A stretch of DNA of 64,000 nucleotides from the IMG/VR virus record IMGVR_UViG_3300030103_002259, positions 1 to 64,000 of that record; one strand, written 5' to 3'. The notes under the pieces are model-generated. The model saw only the letters and a program-made list of their open reading frames with translations, did not search any database and was not told where the DNA came from. Each line of letters starts with the position of its first letter. Positions within the stretch are counted from its first letter, which is position 1. This DNA is from a virus. The translations under genes were made by a program, and so were the position numbers. Below, one piece after another: positions 48,615 to 58,403 of the stretch.

Positions 48615-49643
48615 TCACACTACATTTGTATTATTACGTCTTCTAAATGAATTAGCTGGTGCATATGATGAAAACATATCATAGTATCTAGCATATTGAG
48701 CTTTTCTATTAGCTTTCCAAATTTGTTTAATTTCTGCAAAGTTTGGTGTATTAACAAAACTTAATGCTTGATTTCTTGCAGCTCTTAAATCACCCATAAT
48801 TAATTGTAATCTTTGAGCAACGTTTTCACCATTCAAAGCTAAATTTTCTAATATTCTTTTCTTAAATGCATACTCATAATATTCATTTAAAAGTTCATGA
48901 TCAGGAACAAGTAAGTTTCCATCATCATCTACCAAATCTCCTTGATAATTTATGTATACAAAACCTTCATCAAAACTTGTATATAAAAAACCATGTTTAA
49001 TATAACCTTCATTAGGAGCATTATAATATACATTAGGTGAATCACAGTCTACATTTTGACTCACCTTCATATGCAAAGGTGTCAATGTAGTATACTTTCT
49101 AATATTACTTTGATTAATGACTTGAATTAGCTCATAAGACTCACCTTTACAGTTCATAAAAACTCTAGGTTTAGTTAATGCATCTCCATAAGGTTGATTA
49201 GGATCATGTGTTAAACATGTACCCAAGTTTCCCTTATCATCACAACACGGAGTAGGTTCAGAAGTATCACAAGGATCTGGTACTTGAGCTGGAAAATCAT
49301 CATATGTTTCAGGAATTCTTCCATCAGTGATTTTTACTTCATGCATATTAGTACCACCAGCAAAGCCATCATAACCTACAACGCTATGATAATCACCACA
49401 AACTAAACCATAGTTAAAAACCTTAAAGTCTTCAGGCAACCTTACCTTACCGTGACAAACTTCTAAAATAGTTTCTCTTTGTTGATTAATTCTAAAACCT
49501 AATTCAAAATTTAGCTTTCGTGCTAATTTAATTAGTGTTTGAGGTTCAATCATATTCTCTAGAGCAAATGTATTCATGTCTATTGATACATCTTCTAATA
49601 GTTGATCAAAAGTTCTATATTTAAGTGTATAATTAAAATCCAT
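48615..49643 (-). CDS. Tail ring / tubular adaptor protein (P22 gp4-like)
   Basis: 342 aa. TSFDEGFVYINY...DDDGNLLVPD motif, directly upstream of the muzzle gene. Confidence 0.7.
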   Translation of the reverse strand: MDFNYTLKYRTFDQLLEDVSIDMNTFALENMIEPQTLIKLARKLNFELGFRINQQRETILEVCHGKVRLPEDFKVFNYGLVCGDYHSVVGYDGFAGGTNMHEVKITDGRIPETYDDFPAQVPDPCDTSEPTPCCDDKGNLGTCLTHDPNQPYGDALTKPRVFMNCKGESYELIQVINQSNIRKYTTLTPLHMKVSQNVDCDSPNVYYNAPNEGYIKHGFLYTSFDEGFVYINYQGDLVDDDGNLLVPDHELLNEYYEYAFKKRILENLALNGENVAQRLQLIMGDLRAARNQALSFVNTPNFAEIKQIWKANRKAQYARYYDMFSSYAPANSFRRRNNTNVV

Positions 49644-50314
49644 TATCTAAGTGCGTTTTGACCATCATCTAGGTTATCTTGTGGAACCTGCATGGTTGTT
49701 GTAAATTCTTTGACTACCATTTGTTCAATCTCTGAAAATAAGTATTCAGGAAAAGGTAAAGGTTGATCTTGTCTTACCTTACACTTTAAATCTTCATCAC
49801 ATTGAAATGGGGATATATCATCATCAAATACAGCCTCTACTCTAATAGCATCCCAATCAACATTAGGTAGATATAGATAACCATCTAAGTACCAGAAGTA
49901 AGGCCTTTTGTTATATTTAAATGTTGTTGATTTAGCAATTGATGTCCAAGTACCTGGATCCGTTCTATATACTTCTATAGAGCTATCAATAGAAGATACT
50001 GTACGTATAATTGGACCAAATAAACCATCAAAAATATCTGGTAATTTTTCTTTAGTTCTTTTAAAATAACATCCAGAATATACACCCATGCACCCAGCCT
50101 CTACCTTATCTACATCAATAAGTTCCATCATTGGTAGTACAGTAAATATAGAACTTACTCTCATAAGCCTATATTGATTATCTTCTCTTTTTAAAAGAGT
50201 TTTACCGTACTTAATTATTGAATAATATAAAGTTCTATCAGTTAGAAAAGGATCCTCCTTAACTGCTTTTAGTGTATTTCTTACTCTTGATATTGATTCT
50301 CCTATTGTTGTCAT
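49643..50314 (-). CDS. Tail ring protein
   Basis: 223 aa. YFWYLDGYLY...VEAVFDD and a late P-x-P motif. Position matches the crAss-like tail module. Confidence 0.6.
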   Translation of the reverse strand: MTTIGESISRVRNTLKAVKEDPFLTDRTLYYSIIKYGKTLLKREDNQYRLMRVSSIFTVLPMMELIDVDKVEAGCMGVYSGCYFKRTKEKLPDIFDGLFGPIIRTVSSIDSSIEVYRTDPGTWTSIAKSTTFKYNKRPYFWYLDGYLYLPNVDWDAIRVEAVFDDDISPFQCDEDLKCKVRQDQPLPFPEYLFSEIEQMVVKEFTTTMQVPQDNLDDGQNALR

Positions 50315-50892
50315 ATGTTAAATTCATTATAATTTTTTAAATCATCTTGAGTCTTTTTTAAACGTACTTCTTTATACCTCGTTTTTGCATATGACAATTT
50401 TAATTTCTTCAAAGGATCAACTACCAAATACTTATTCCAATTTTCAGGATAAGTTTTAGATACATTTCTTTTAAACTTCCTACATGCAACAAATCCCCAA
50501 AATTCTCTGTTTCTAAATTTATGTTTTGGAGCATGGTTAGAATAAAATATTTTAGCTAGCTTACCGTCAGTTTCCCAATTCTTATTGGTGACTTGTACTC
50601 CATGTTCACGGGATTTACCAAAATCAATATTATCTTTTTTACTTGTTTGGCAAGTTCCTATAAACAACCATCCTAACTGTTGTGGTAACTCTATACCATC
50701 TCTATGATCTATTACTTTATCACTAATCATTTCATTAAATGACTTAATAATAGTTCTTAACTTACTATCGTCTAAGTTTTTATACTTAGGATGTTTAATT
50801 TTAAATTTTTCAAAGAACTCTTTATTTAAAACACTATAAACTTTAGGTCTAAATCTTGGAGCTTTTACGTCTGGTCTGTTAAATTCCTTCAT
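50311..50892 (-). CDS. IHF/HU-like basic DNA-binding protein of crAss-like phages
   Basis: 193 aa, basic. IIKSFNEMISDKVI...GIELPQQLGWLFI resembles the IHF helix-helix-strand pattern. Lies in the tail module. Confidence 0.55.
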   Translation of the reverse strand: MKEFNRPDVKAPRFRPKVYSVLNKEFFEKFKIKHPKYKNLDDSKLRTIIKSFNEMISDKVIDHRDGIELPQQLGWLFIGTCQTSKKDNIDFGKSREHGVQVTNKNWETDGKLAKIFYSNHAPKHKFRNREFWGFVACRKFKRNVSKTYPENWNKYLVVDPLKKLKLSYAKTRYKEVRLKKTQDDLKNYNEFNI

Positions 50893-50894
50893 AA

Positions 50895-50907
50895 TAATAT
50901 AGTAAAA
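50895..50907 (-). promoter_or_regulatory. Putative promoter element TTTTACTATATTA
   Basis: One mismatch to the 34442/58366 13-mer. Lies downstream of a terminator and just upstream of the ATG. Confidence 0.45.
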
Positions 50908-50934
50908 ATTATTGGTTTTAACAAATGTAACTAT

Positions 50935-50966
50935 AAAAACGAAACCCCCACAAGTGTGAGGGTTTT
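50935..50966 (-). terminator. Intrinsic terminator
   Basis: AAACCCUCAC-ACUU-GUGGGGGUUU followed by CGUUUUU on the minus strand. Confidence 0.8.
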
Positions 50967-51007
50967 GCCATTGTTAGCCACAGAAACCAACAAACTGCGA
51001 CAATATT

Positions 51008-51463
51008 TTAACCTAATACAATTGTTCTTACTGTACCTGTAAATGAACCAGAACTTAATGTATAATTACCTAATGAAGTACATATTACTTCAAACTCTTT
51101 AGTTACATCAGTATTAGTTGCAGTATCAATAATTAATACTTGTACATATTGCTGTTGTAATGTATGAGTACAAGCTACAGTACTAGTTGGAGGACCTGCT
51201 GTAATTGCTTGAGCAGTTACAGAAGTATCATCTCTTCCTGTAGTACTAGTACATATATAAGATACAAGTTTAGTAATTACTGAATCTAAATAATCATTAC
51301 GTGAAATAACAGTGTCTGCCCCACAGACAATATCAGCACCAGTGTAAACAATACACTGTGCATTAAATACCTCAGCACATGCTGGAGGACACGGTGGTAC
51401 AACGGTATAAGCACCTGGTGTACATCCGCATTGGGTAGTTGAGTTACAATTTGAATTAGCCAT
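51008..51463 (-). CDS. Small Cys-rich fibre-like structural protein
   Basis: 151 aa. AQCIVYTGADIVC resembles SNCVIWQGPDIEC of the neighbouring 629-aa protein. Confidence 0.55.
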   Translation of the reverse strand: MANSNCNSTTQCGCTPGAYTVVPPCPPACAEVFNAQCIVYTGADIVCGADTVISRNDYLDSVITKLVSYICTSTTGRDDTSVTAQAITAGPPTSTVACTHTLQQQYVQVLIIDTATNTDVTKEFEVICTSLGNYTLSSGSFTGTVRTIVLG

Positions 51464-51486
51464 TTTTATTTTTATTTTTTAATTTT

Positions 51487-53376
51487 TTAATCTCCTATTT
51501 TTTGTATAAAGAATTCAAAGTAATCACTAGTAGCTAAGTAACTACTTAAATACTCCCATCTTGGATTAGGTTGACTGGGAGATGAAGGATCTTCATCATT
51601 AATAAACATTCCTAATTTAACTTCTAAAACATCACCATCTTTTAATACAACCCCTAATGCTGTTCCCGATAATGTACATTTTGAAATGGAATTATTTGGA
51701 GCAAATGAATCATTTGCATATAATTCACAAGATCCTGGTGCAGCTACATTCTGTATAGCTGATATTACAGTAATTCTAGGATTCGCTTTAGTTAAAGAAC
51801 TCACTACAACTCTTGCTATATTATTAGAACCCTGAAAAACAGTAGCTCCATTGCTTAAGTCATGTGAGCTAAAAGTTCCTGTATAACTAATCATCTCAGC
51901 TGAAACTATCACACCAGCAGTAGCTGTTATATCAATAAACATAGTACCATTAGGAAAATTGACCTGTACAAGTCCATCTACATAAGTAGAAACACTTGGG
52001 GTACCTCCAACTAGTACATTAACACCAGCTGGGGTGTCATTAGATGATAAGTTATCACCACCGTACCAACCTTTACCTGTTCCAAAAAATGTACCAGAAG
52101 TTGCAGGTTCAGGAGCCGCAGGAGAACCAGAAGAAGATGGTATATTACTTGTGACAGGAGCGCTTAAAACAATATTATAACATAGGTTATATACACCGCC
52201 CATTCCTGCTGGTATTATAAAATTTCCACCAGTTATTATACCACCTGAAAATGTATCATATATATCACTGCCTGCAACACCTGGAAATTTAAAAGGACCA
52301 GGTACACCTTGGCAAAGACTATTAACTGAACCAGAATTAATATACCCATCTTTTATTAAATATAAACCACTAGTAGAGTTAATATTACTAGCGCCTCCTC
52401 CTAGAGTATTAGAACCTGTATTTCTAATTAAAGCTCTAGGTTGATTTATATTTGCAGTAAAGTTATAATTAGGTAAGCCTGTATTTTCAGTAAATGATAT
52501 TGTATCACTATCTGTAAATGTTACAGTAGTAATATTTCTAAGATCACAAACTGCTATCCATAAATTCTGTATAGTTTGAGCTAATGTATTGGGAGCCGAT
52601 ATCCAACCAGTTGGTCCTGGATATGCACTAGACATTGTACCAACAGCTGCGTCATTACCATCTACAATAGAAGCTGAAGCAGCAGTTATACAAGATGGAT
52701 TAAAAACACTTAATAAATCAGATGCGGTTCCAGAAGAACCTAGTATGACATCAATTGTTGCACAATAACCTATTGTAGCATCATTCACTAAATTATCTAA
52801 TACAACATCAATTGGTGCAGTAGGAGAACCTATAATGGTCTCAAAACAACCTGTTGGTATTGGAGGAATAGTAAATGAAGGAGGTGTTGCATTTTCTAAT
52901 GCAGTAACTCTAATATCAATATTAGTTATTTGATCTTGTAAACTAAGAATTTCAGTAACTAAAGAACATACTTTATTTGCAATTGCTTGTACATAATCTA
53001 CAAGCTGCATATTAGTTGTAGTTCCTTCAACAAAACAATCAGCTACTGATACAACACAATCAGGACATCCTGAATCTGTTGTAGGAGTAGATGCAGGCAC
53101 ATCTTCTAATTCACATATTCTAGAAATTAATAATTGAATAAGTGCTTCAAAATTTTCTGGAGGACATGCAGCTGAGATACCTAAACAAGTTAAATCATAA
53201 CTAGATACATTTGTTTGTTTCATCAATGTACATAACTCAACAGCTAATGCATAAACTACATCAGAAACAGTATCTCCTTTACAAAGCGTAATACATTCAA
53301 TATCAGGTCCTTGCCAAATAACACAGTTACTTGATATAGGAGAACAAGGTTTATTATCTAAATTTAACGGTTTCAT
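51487..53376 (-). CDS. Putative tail/head fibre protein
   Basis: 629 aa. Cys-rich N-terminal modules, a short coiled coil (LQDQITNIDIRVTALE) and a G/S/T-rich beta C-terminal part with a C1q/BclA-like GVYNL..N motif. Confidence 0.55.
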   Translation of the reverse strand: MKPLNLDNKPCSPISSNCVIWQGPDIECITLCKGDTVSDVVYALAVELCTLMKQTNVSSYDLTCLGISAACPPENFEALIQLLISRICELEDVPASTPTTDSGCPDCVVSVADCFVEGTTTNMQLVDYVQAIANKVCSLVTEILSLQDQITNIDIRVTALENATPPSFTIPPIPTGCFETIIGSPTAPIDVVLDNLVNDATIGYCATIDVILGSSGTASDLLSVFNPSCITAASASIVDGNDAAVGTMSSAYPGPTGWISAPNTLAQTIQNLWIAVCDLRNITTVTFTDSDTISFTENTGLPNYNFTANINQPRALIRNTGSNTLGGGASNINSTSGLYLIKDGYINSGSVNSLCQGVPGPFKFPGVAGSDIYDTFSGGIITGGNFIIPAGMGGVYNLCYNIVLSAPVTSNIPSSSGSPAAPEPATSGTFFGTGKGWYGGDNLSSNDTPAGVNVLVGGTPSVSTYVDGLVQVNFPNGTMFIDITATAGVIVSAEMISYTGTFSSHDLSNGATVFQGSNNIARVVVSSLTKANPRITVISAIQNVAAPGSCELYANDSFAPNNSISKCTLSGTALGVVLKDGDVLEVKLGMFINDEDPSSPSQPNPRWEYLSSYLATSDYFEFFIQKIGD

Positions 53377-53391
53377 ATTTATGTCTAATTA

Positions 53392-53404
53392 TAATATACA
53401 AATT
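53392..53404 (-). promoter_or_regulatory. Putative promoter element AATTTGTATATTA
   Basis: Variant of the recurring TTTT(A/T)GTATATTA motif in a short intergenic gap. Confidence 0.4.
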
Positions 53405-53408
53405 AATT

Positions 53409-56069
53409 TTAACAATTGCAAGTTGTGCAAATGCTTGTATTCCCACATGAACAGGAGGATTTAGATGCACAATTAAAACTAGGATCTCTAAGAGCTTGCA
53501 TATCAATTAAAGTCTTTTTTAATATCCAATTTTGTAGCTCATCTGGACAACAATTAGATATACCATATCTTTCTTCTAAAGCTTTTTTATACATTATGTC
53601 AGCAAACTCACATGTTATTTTATCATACTTATCTGCTGAAAGCACTGGTGTATTATAGCCTGGTTTTACTTTTCTATTATTTTTAAATACTGGTTGTGGA
53701 CATTGACCCTCTTGACAATCTCCAAATTTTTCTAAATAAAAAATACCATTATCATATGCTTCCTTTGGTACAACATACTTAACACACATCTTACCAGTAG
53801 TTTCTCCTGGAGGTAGCTTATATGAAAAGAATACATCATCACAATCATAATACTCTACTTGGCCTGTATCATCCTCAGATACATTTGTAATTTTAACACA
53901 TTCACATTTAGCATCTGCTAGAAGACAATCAGGGCAGTCAATATATTCTGAAGCAAATGTAACTGACTCAATCATTCCTGGAGTATCAGTAGCAGCCACT
54001 TGCCAGCATCCAGTACAATTTGATATCTTAATAACCTTACCTTTATAGGCATTTAAATCAGTATCTGTATAAATTATTCTAGATGAATCTTCACAATCTG
54101 TTAATTCAAAATAGTCTGCCTTACATTTTTCACAATCATCAAATGAAGACGTTATTGTAATATCTGTATCTGTAGGTGGATTATATGTAATTAACTCTAC
54201 ATAATAACACCCACAATTATCCAATTCTACAACTTTATCTACATGTGTAGATAAATCATTTGTTGTATATAAGATATCTACCGCATTATCACAAGAGGTT
54301 AGTTTATAAGCAATAGGTCCTATACATTCAGGACAATCATCATATACTTCTAAAACAGTTACATTAGTAGGACAATCTTCACAACCAATATTACATACAG
54401 TAGAAGCAAGGGTGCGAACAGAACTTGTTGCAGTTCCATCAGGCCATCTACCTGAACCTGGCCAAGGATTTAATAATGGACAATCAGGAATACCACTATT
54501 TACTATAGCTAAAGTATCTGAACTAGGAGGCGAAGGATCACCAACTGCTGATAATTTAGTTATATACCAACCGCCTACACCTACAGGATTTGACCATATA
54601 GCATATGTTTCCATGGCACCACCACCTGGTCCAGCTGTAATTTCAAACTCCCAAACCTTTTGATTATTATATACTAATCCATTAAATATTGCTGTAGTTT
54701 GATATACACCGTCTACACGTATATCAACACATAAACAAGAACCATCTATTACTTGCCAGCAACCTTCATACCCATTTAATGTTACTATTTGATTTTGTAA
54801 AAAGTAAGGGTATAATTCAGATTCTGTATATATTACTTCTTGTGTTTCACAATTAACTAATGCAAAACATTCTATAGGGCATTCATCATCTATACAATTT
54901 GAACCCTGATTAATAATAAACGAAGCACCTGGGGAGACAGCACCAATTGAAGGATATATACTAGAACAGAATTTACCAGGCCCCATTTGATTAGTTACTA
55001 GATTACCATTACAATCTACATATGTAACGATACCAACTCCTGATCCTGTACCAATACCAGACTGTCCTTTAAACCCACTAGGTACAATACTTGGACTTAT
55101 AGAACCAACATTTGAAGAACCTGTACTAACAATTTCATAGCATTTACAATCACAGGGAGCAGGTTTTACAGGATCTACTGAAATAGTAGCTACAGCATTA
55201 ACACACGATTCTGATGGACCTACATACCAAGTTCCAGCCATAGGCGTTCCTAAGTCATTATCTATAAGTGTTACAAATTCACCAATATAGTTAGATATAT
55301 CATCTACACCATATTGATTTATATCTGATAAAACTTGAAATGTATTACCATCACAATCATATACAGTATAACAAAACTGTGGACATCCTAGACAAGCATC
55401 AACTACAGCCTGACTATCACAATCTAAACCTGAAGTTGCTGTAGTAACTTGAGTAAAAGTTATACCCTCAGCATAAGCAGGAGCTGCACTTAAGCTATTA
55501 TATTCAGTTTCAGGTATATCTTGTACCACAGTTACTGTATAACAACTACCAAACTCTATATTCTGGATATAAGATGGTGACCCTACTGATATAAGACTTT
55601 GATTTATTTGACCTTGGAGATTGCTTAAACCACCTGTATAAAATATAGGTATAATTATTCCTAAATAATCTTGGTAATTATCCCCGCGAAACTCAAGTGT
55701 ATCATATTGCTCACAACATGGAGTAAAAACAAGTTTATTAAAACCAGGACTACAATCAGAACATGCAGCATCTTGGCAATCTACAACTGGAGTAAATACA
55801 GAATAATCAAGATCAGCAGTAAGACCAAAAAAACCATTTCCAGTAACTGTAAATGTATAGCAATCCCCTGTTATAAACTCTACTATATTACCATTATTAT
55901 CCGTTAATGTTTGGTTTGCACCAGTATATACAAATACCTCAGAACCTGGTAAAGGAGGTGTTAATGAACCAATACCACCTGTTGCAGGATCTACACTAAC
56001 TAATAATGTACCTGTTTCACCACTATTACAACATCTAGTGATTTCTATATATGGTATTGTGTTAGCCAT
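53409..56069 (-). CDS. Cys-rich repeat structural protein (possible tail hub/fibre-attachment protein)
   Basis: 886 aa with about 65-70-aa repeats (Y.L..C....IYT..DL...V....GCW.V...DDC..C) and a C-terminal RYGISNCC helical domain. Confidence 0.55.
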   Translation of the reverse strand: MANTIPYIEITRCCNSGETGTLLVSVDPATGGIGSLTPPLPGSEVFVYTGANQTLTDNNGNIVEFITGDCYTFTVTGNGFFGLTADLDYSVFTPVVDCQDAACSDCSPGFNKLVFTPCCEQYDTLEFRGDNYQDYLGIIIPIFYTGGLSNLQGQINQSLISVGSPSYIQNIEFGSCYTVTVVQDIPETEYNSLSAAPAYAEGITFTQVTTATSGLDCDSQAVVDACLGCPQFCYTVYDCDGNTFQVLSDINQYGVDDISNYIGEFVTLIDNDLGTPMAGTWYVGPSESCVNAVATISVDPVKPAPCDCKCYEIVSTGSSNVGSISPSIVPSGFKGQSGIGTGSGVGIVTYVDCNGNLVTNQMGPGKFCSSIYPSIGAVSPGASFIINQGSNCIDDECPIECFALVNCETQEVIYTESELYPYFLQNQIVTLNGYEGCWQVIDGSCLCVDIRVDGVYQTTAIFNGLVYNNQKVWEFEITAGPGGGAMETYAIWSNPVGVGGWYITKLSAVGDPSPPSSDTLAIVNSGIPDCPLLNPWPGSGRWPDGTATSSVRTLASTVCNIGCEDCPTNVTVLEVYDDCPECIGPIAYKLTSCDNAVDILYTTNDLSTHVDKVVELDNCGCYYVELITYNPPTDTDITITSSFDDCEKCKADYFELTDCEDSSRIIYTDTDLNAYKGKVIKISNCTGCWQVAATDTPGMIESVTFASEYIDCPDCLLADAKCECVKITNVSEDDTGQVEYYDCDDVFFSYKLPPGETTGKMCVKYVVPKEAYDNGIFYLEKFGDCQEGQCPQPVFKNNRKVKPGYNTPVLSADKYDKITCEFADIMYKKALEERYGISNCCPDELQNWILKKTLIDMQALRDPSFNCASKSSCSCGNTSICTTCNC

Positions 56070-56207
56070 TTATCTTTTACTTTTTAATTTTGCTTCATAT
56101 GAGCTTGCACATGTACTGCATACTTGTTTACCATCTGAAGCTGTTCTTTTTTGACATCCACATGATAATCTTTTTCCGCAGTTCATACATCTTACTCCTG
56201 CTGCCAT
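56070..56207 (-). CDS. 45-aa Cys-rich (zinc-finger-like) protein (not in the ORF track)
   Basis: Hand translation MAAGVRCMNCGKRLSCGCQKRTASDGKQVCSTCASSYEAKLKSKR*. The stop abuts the next ATG. Confidence 0.7.
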   Translation of the reverse strand: MAAGVRCMNCGKRLSCGCQKRTASDGKQVCSTCASSYEAKLKSKR

Positions 56208-56228
56208 AACTTGTTGGTTTAGTTTAGT

Positions 56229-56771
56229 TTAACAATGTTTACATTCTAACTTTTGTAATAGTTTTAATGCATAATTATATAATGTCATTCCAGCTTGGCT
56301 TTCATGACATGTTTCTACTTTAGCTTTTGCTGCATCTAAGTAACCTTTAATAAGCTGTAAGTATCGCAATCTTTCTTTTACTTTTGGCCGAGGATCACAA
56401 TTAGACGCATCTATATCACATAATAGTTTTTCATATATACTTAATGCATGAGTCATTCTTAAATGATTATAATCAACATATACTGCACAAGATGGATCTA
56501 CTGTATATCTAATAAAGTAAATACCATCTGGTAAGCATGCATGTATTGAATCACAATTTTCAGTTTGAATTCCTAAATCACATGCTGTAATAGAAGGAGT
56601 ATCTCCTGGAGTAAACAACACTTCCGTGCTATCATTAAAACCAGGTACAGTAATTAATAAACGAGGATTGAATATTGATACCAACGGTGAATACACACTT
56701 GTATCAAGTACTTTTAAAACACATGATGTAGTCACACTAGGTACTTCTAAACTTAATACATGATTTGCCAT
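56229..56771 (-). CDS. Putative tail hub protein
   Basis: 180 aa. Ig-like N-terminal half ending LPDGIYFIRYTV and a helical Cys-containing C-terminal half. Follows the auxiliary capsid gene. Confidence 0.5.
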   Translation of the reverse strand: MANHVLSLEVPSVTTSCVLKVLDTSVYSPLVSIFNPRLLITVPGFNDSTEVLFTPGDTPSITACDLGIQTENCDSIHACLPDGIYFIRYTVDPSCAVYVDYNHLRMTHALSIYEKLLCDIDASNCDPRPKVKERLRYLQLIKGYLDAAKAKVETCHESQAGMTLYNYALKLLQKLECKHC

Positions 56772-56782
56772 ATTGATAAAAT

Positions 56783-56820
56783 AAAAAAGGGAGAGGAGAA
56801 AATAAATCTCACTCTCCCTT
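56783..56820 (-). terminator. Intrinsic terminator after the abundant 494-aa structural gene
   Basis: AAGGGAGAG-UGAGA-uuuauuu-UCUC-CUCUCCCUU-UUUU on the minus strand. Confidence 0.85.
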
Positions 56821-56840
56821 ATATGAGTAATTAATTATTG

Positions 56841-58325
56841 TTACTGTTGATCTTCTGCAGCTGGTGGAATTTCTTCAGCTGGTGGAATAGGGGCAACAGC
56901 TGCTGCTACCACAACAACACTTGGGTCATCACATGCAACAATAGCTTCCTGAGTATAATCAATACAATCTTCATTACCAGCAGCAATCAATGTATTTTGG
57001 ACATCAGCTAATAATGCTTGTATATCAGCATTTAAACCAGCAGCTCCACCAGTTGGCGCAGCAATATCTAATAGATACTGATCGTTATCAAATGTACCTG
57101 AAGGATTATTGAATCTTGGAATAGTATGTAAGATAAATGCTCTATCATATAATGCAGTTCTATCAACTTGTCCAGGACCAGTTCCTAACATGTCATTACC
57201 TTGAGTAATCTCACGAATTCTTAAATCAGTTGCAAAAGGAATTTGTCTGTAAGATTCTGATAAGATAAAGTCTCTCAATACACTTTCACCAAGTCCTTGT
57301 GGTTTTTTACCTTCACACTCATTTACAATACAAATTCCAGTAAACTCACATGGATCACCATTTAAGTCAACTTCAGAAGCAAATAATCTTAGAGGCTCAG
57401 TTCCGTAGAAATCTGATGGTTGGAAAGTACAATCTCCAAATCTAGTTTCTTCATAAGCACCTACTAACGTTAGTCCAGCACACTCATCAGTGTAAGCAGC
57501 AGGAGTATAAGCATCAGCAGTAGTTGCAATAACTGTAGCTGGACCAACTAAACCTAAGAAGGCGTTAGTTGCAGCAACAGCAGAAAGAAGTACAGCAGGA
57601 GCAGTTCCAGCAGGATATACTAGAGTTGTTCCATTTCCTACAGCACCGCCAGAACCAGCAGCAGTTACAGTAACTACAGGAATAACAAATGGTTCTGCAT
57701 TAGTACGTCCATTAGGTCCAGAACCTGTAAGAATAACACTCTCTTGAATTCCTCTTTGCCATTCAAGCATTACAATAGCTGGGTTAACAGCTACAGGAGC
57801 AATTGAGTCATCCTCACAACATCCTGTATAAGCAGTAACTTCTTGATATGCTTGACGATTTAACATTCTCAATGCAGGGGATCCTTTTACATCTACTCTT
57901 AAGTGATAGTTTTCACCACATAAGAAAGTTGGACAGCAGTTTGGATCTCCAGCAGTAAATGGTGTAGTACCAATATGTAAAATAGACTGTTGAGCAGGAT
58001 TTGCTCTTTGAGTCCATATTTTACTGATATACTTAGGATTAATTCCTTTTGATTTAATTGATTCTTGGTAACCACCGTGGAAAGGTCCAATTCTGTCACT
58101 TCCATAAGGAGCACCAGATGCAACAACAAATTGACATGTAGTTGCTTCATCACCAGCACCAGCTGCACCAACATTAAGTGGTGTCCACTGTCTTGCATCA
58201 TACAAAGATAATTGTCCTGAAGTTAGTTCACCACTAGTAGCAGTAGTAGCTGGAGGTGCTGCTACAGGAGCAATATACTCAGACATAATGAATGTCTTTC
58301 TAAAAGCATTGTTAAAATAAGCCAT
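56841..58325 (-). CDS. Auxiliary capsid / abundant structural protein (crAss gene-73-like)
   Basis: 494 aa, Ala/Gly/Thr-rich, with its own promoter-like motif and terminator. Follows a ring gene in the capsid module. Confidence 0.6.
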   Translation of the reverse strand: MAYFNNAFRKTFIMSEYIAPVAAPPATTATSGELTSGQLSLYDARQWTPLNVGAAGAGDEATTCQFVVASGAPYGSDRIGPFHGGYQESIKSKGINPKYISKIWTQRANPAQQSILHIGTTPFTAGDPNCCPTFLCGENYHLRVDVKGSPALRMLNRQAYQEVTAYTGCCEDDSIAPVAVNPAIVMLEWQRGIQESVILTGSGPNGRTNAEPFVIPVVTVTAAGSGGAVGNGTTLVYPAGTAPAVLLSAVAATNAFLGLVGPATVIATTADAYTPAAYTDECAGLTLVGAYEETRFGDCTFQPSDFYGTEPLRLFASEVDLNGDPCEFTGICIVNECEGKKPQGLGESVLRDFILSESYRQIPFATDLRIREITQGNDMLGTGPGQVDRTALYDRAFILHTIPRFNNPSGTFDNDQYLLDIAAPTGGAAGLNADIQALLADVQNTLIAAGNEDCIDYTQEAIVACDDPSVVVVAAAVAPIPPAEEIPPAAEDQQ

Positions 58326-58355
58326 TTTTTTTCTTTTTTAAATTTTATAAATAAA

Positions 58356-58378
58356 TAATATACTATAATATACTAAAA
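58356..58378 (-). promoter_or_regulatory. Putative promoter element TTTTAGTATATTA with a tandem TAGTATATTA duplication
   Basis: Plus strand taatatacta-taatatacta-aaa. The 13-mer is identical to 34442-34454. Confidence 0.55.
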
Positions 58379-58403
58379 GTTTTTTAATTAATCAAACCTA
58401 AGA

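Noticed and set aside
38388-58201. Same-strand alternate-frame ORFs at 38388-38618, 43777-44013 and 57899-58201
   Set aside because: They are fully nested in larger genes, with no start context or recognisable motifs.
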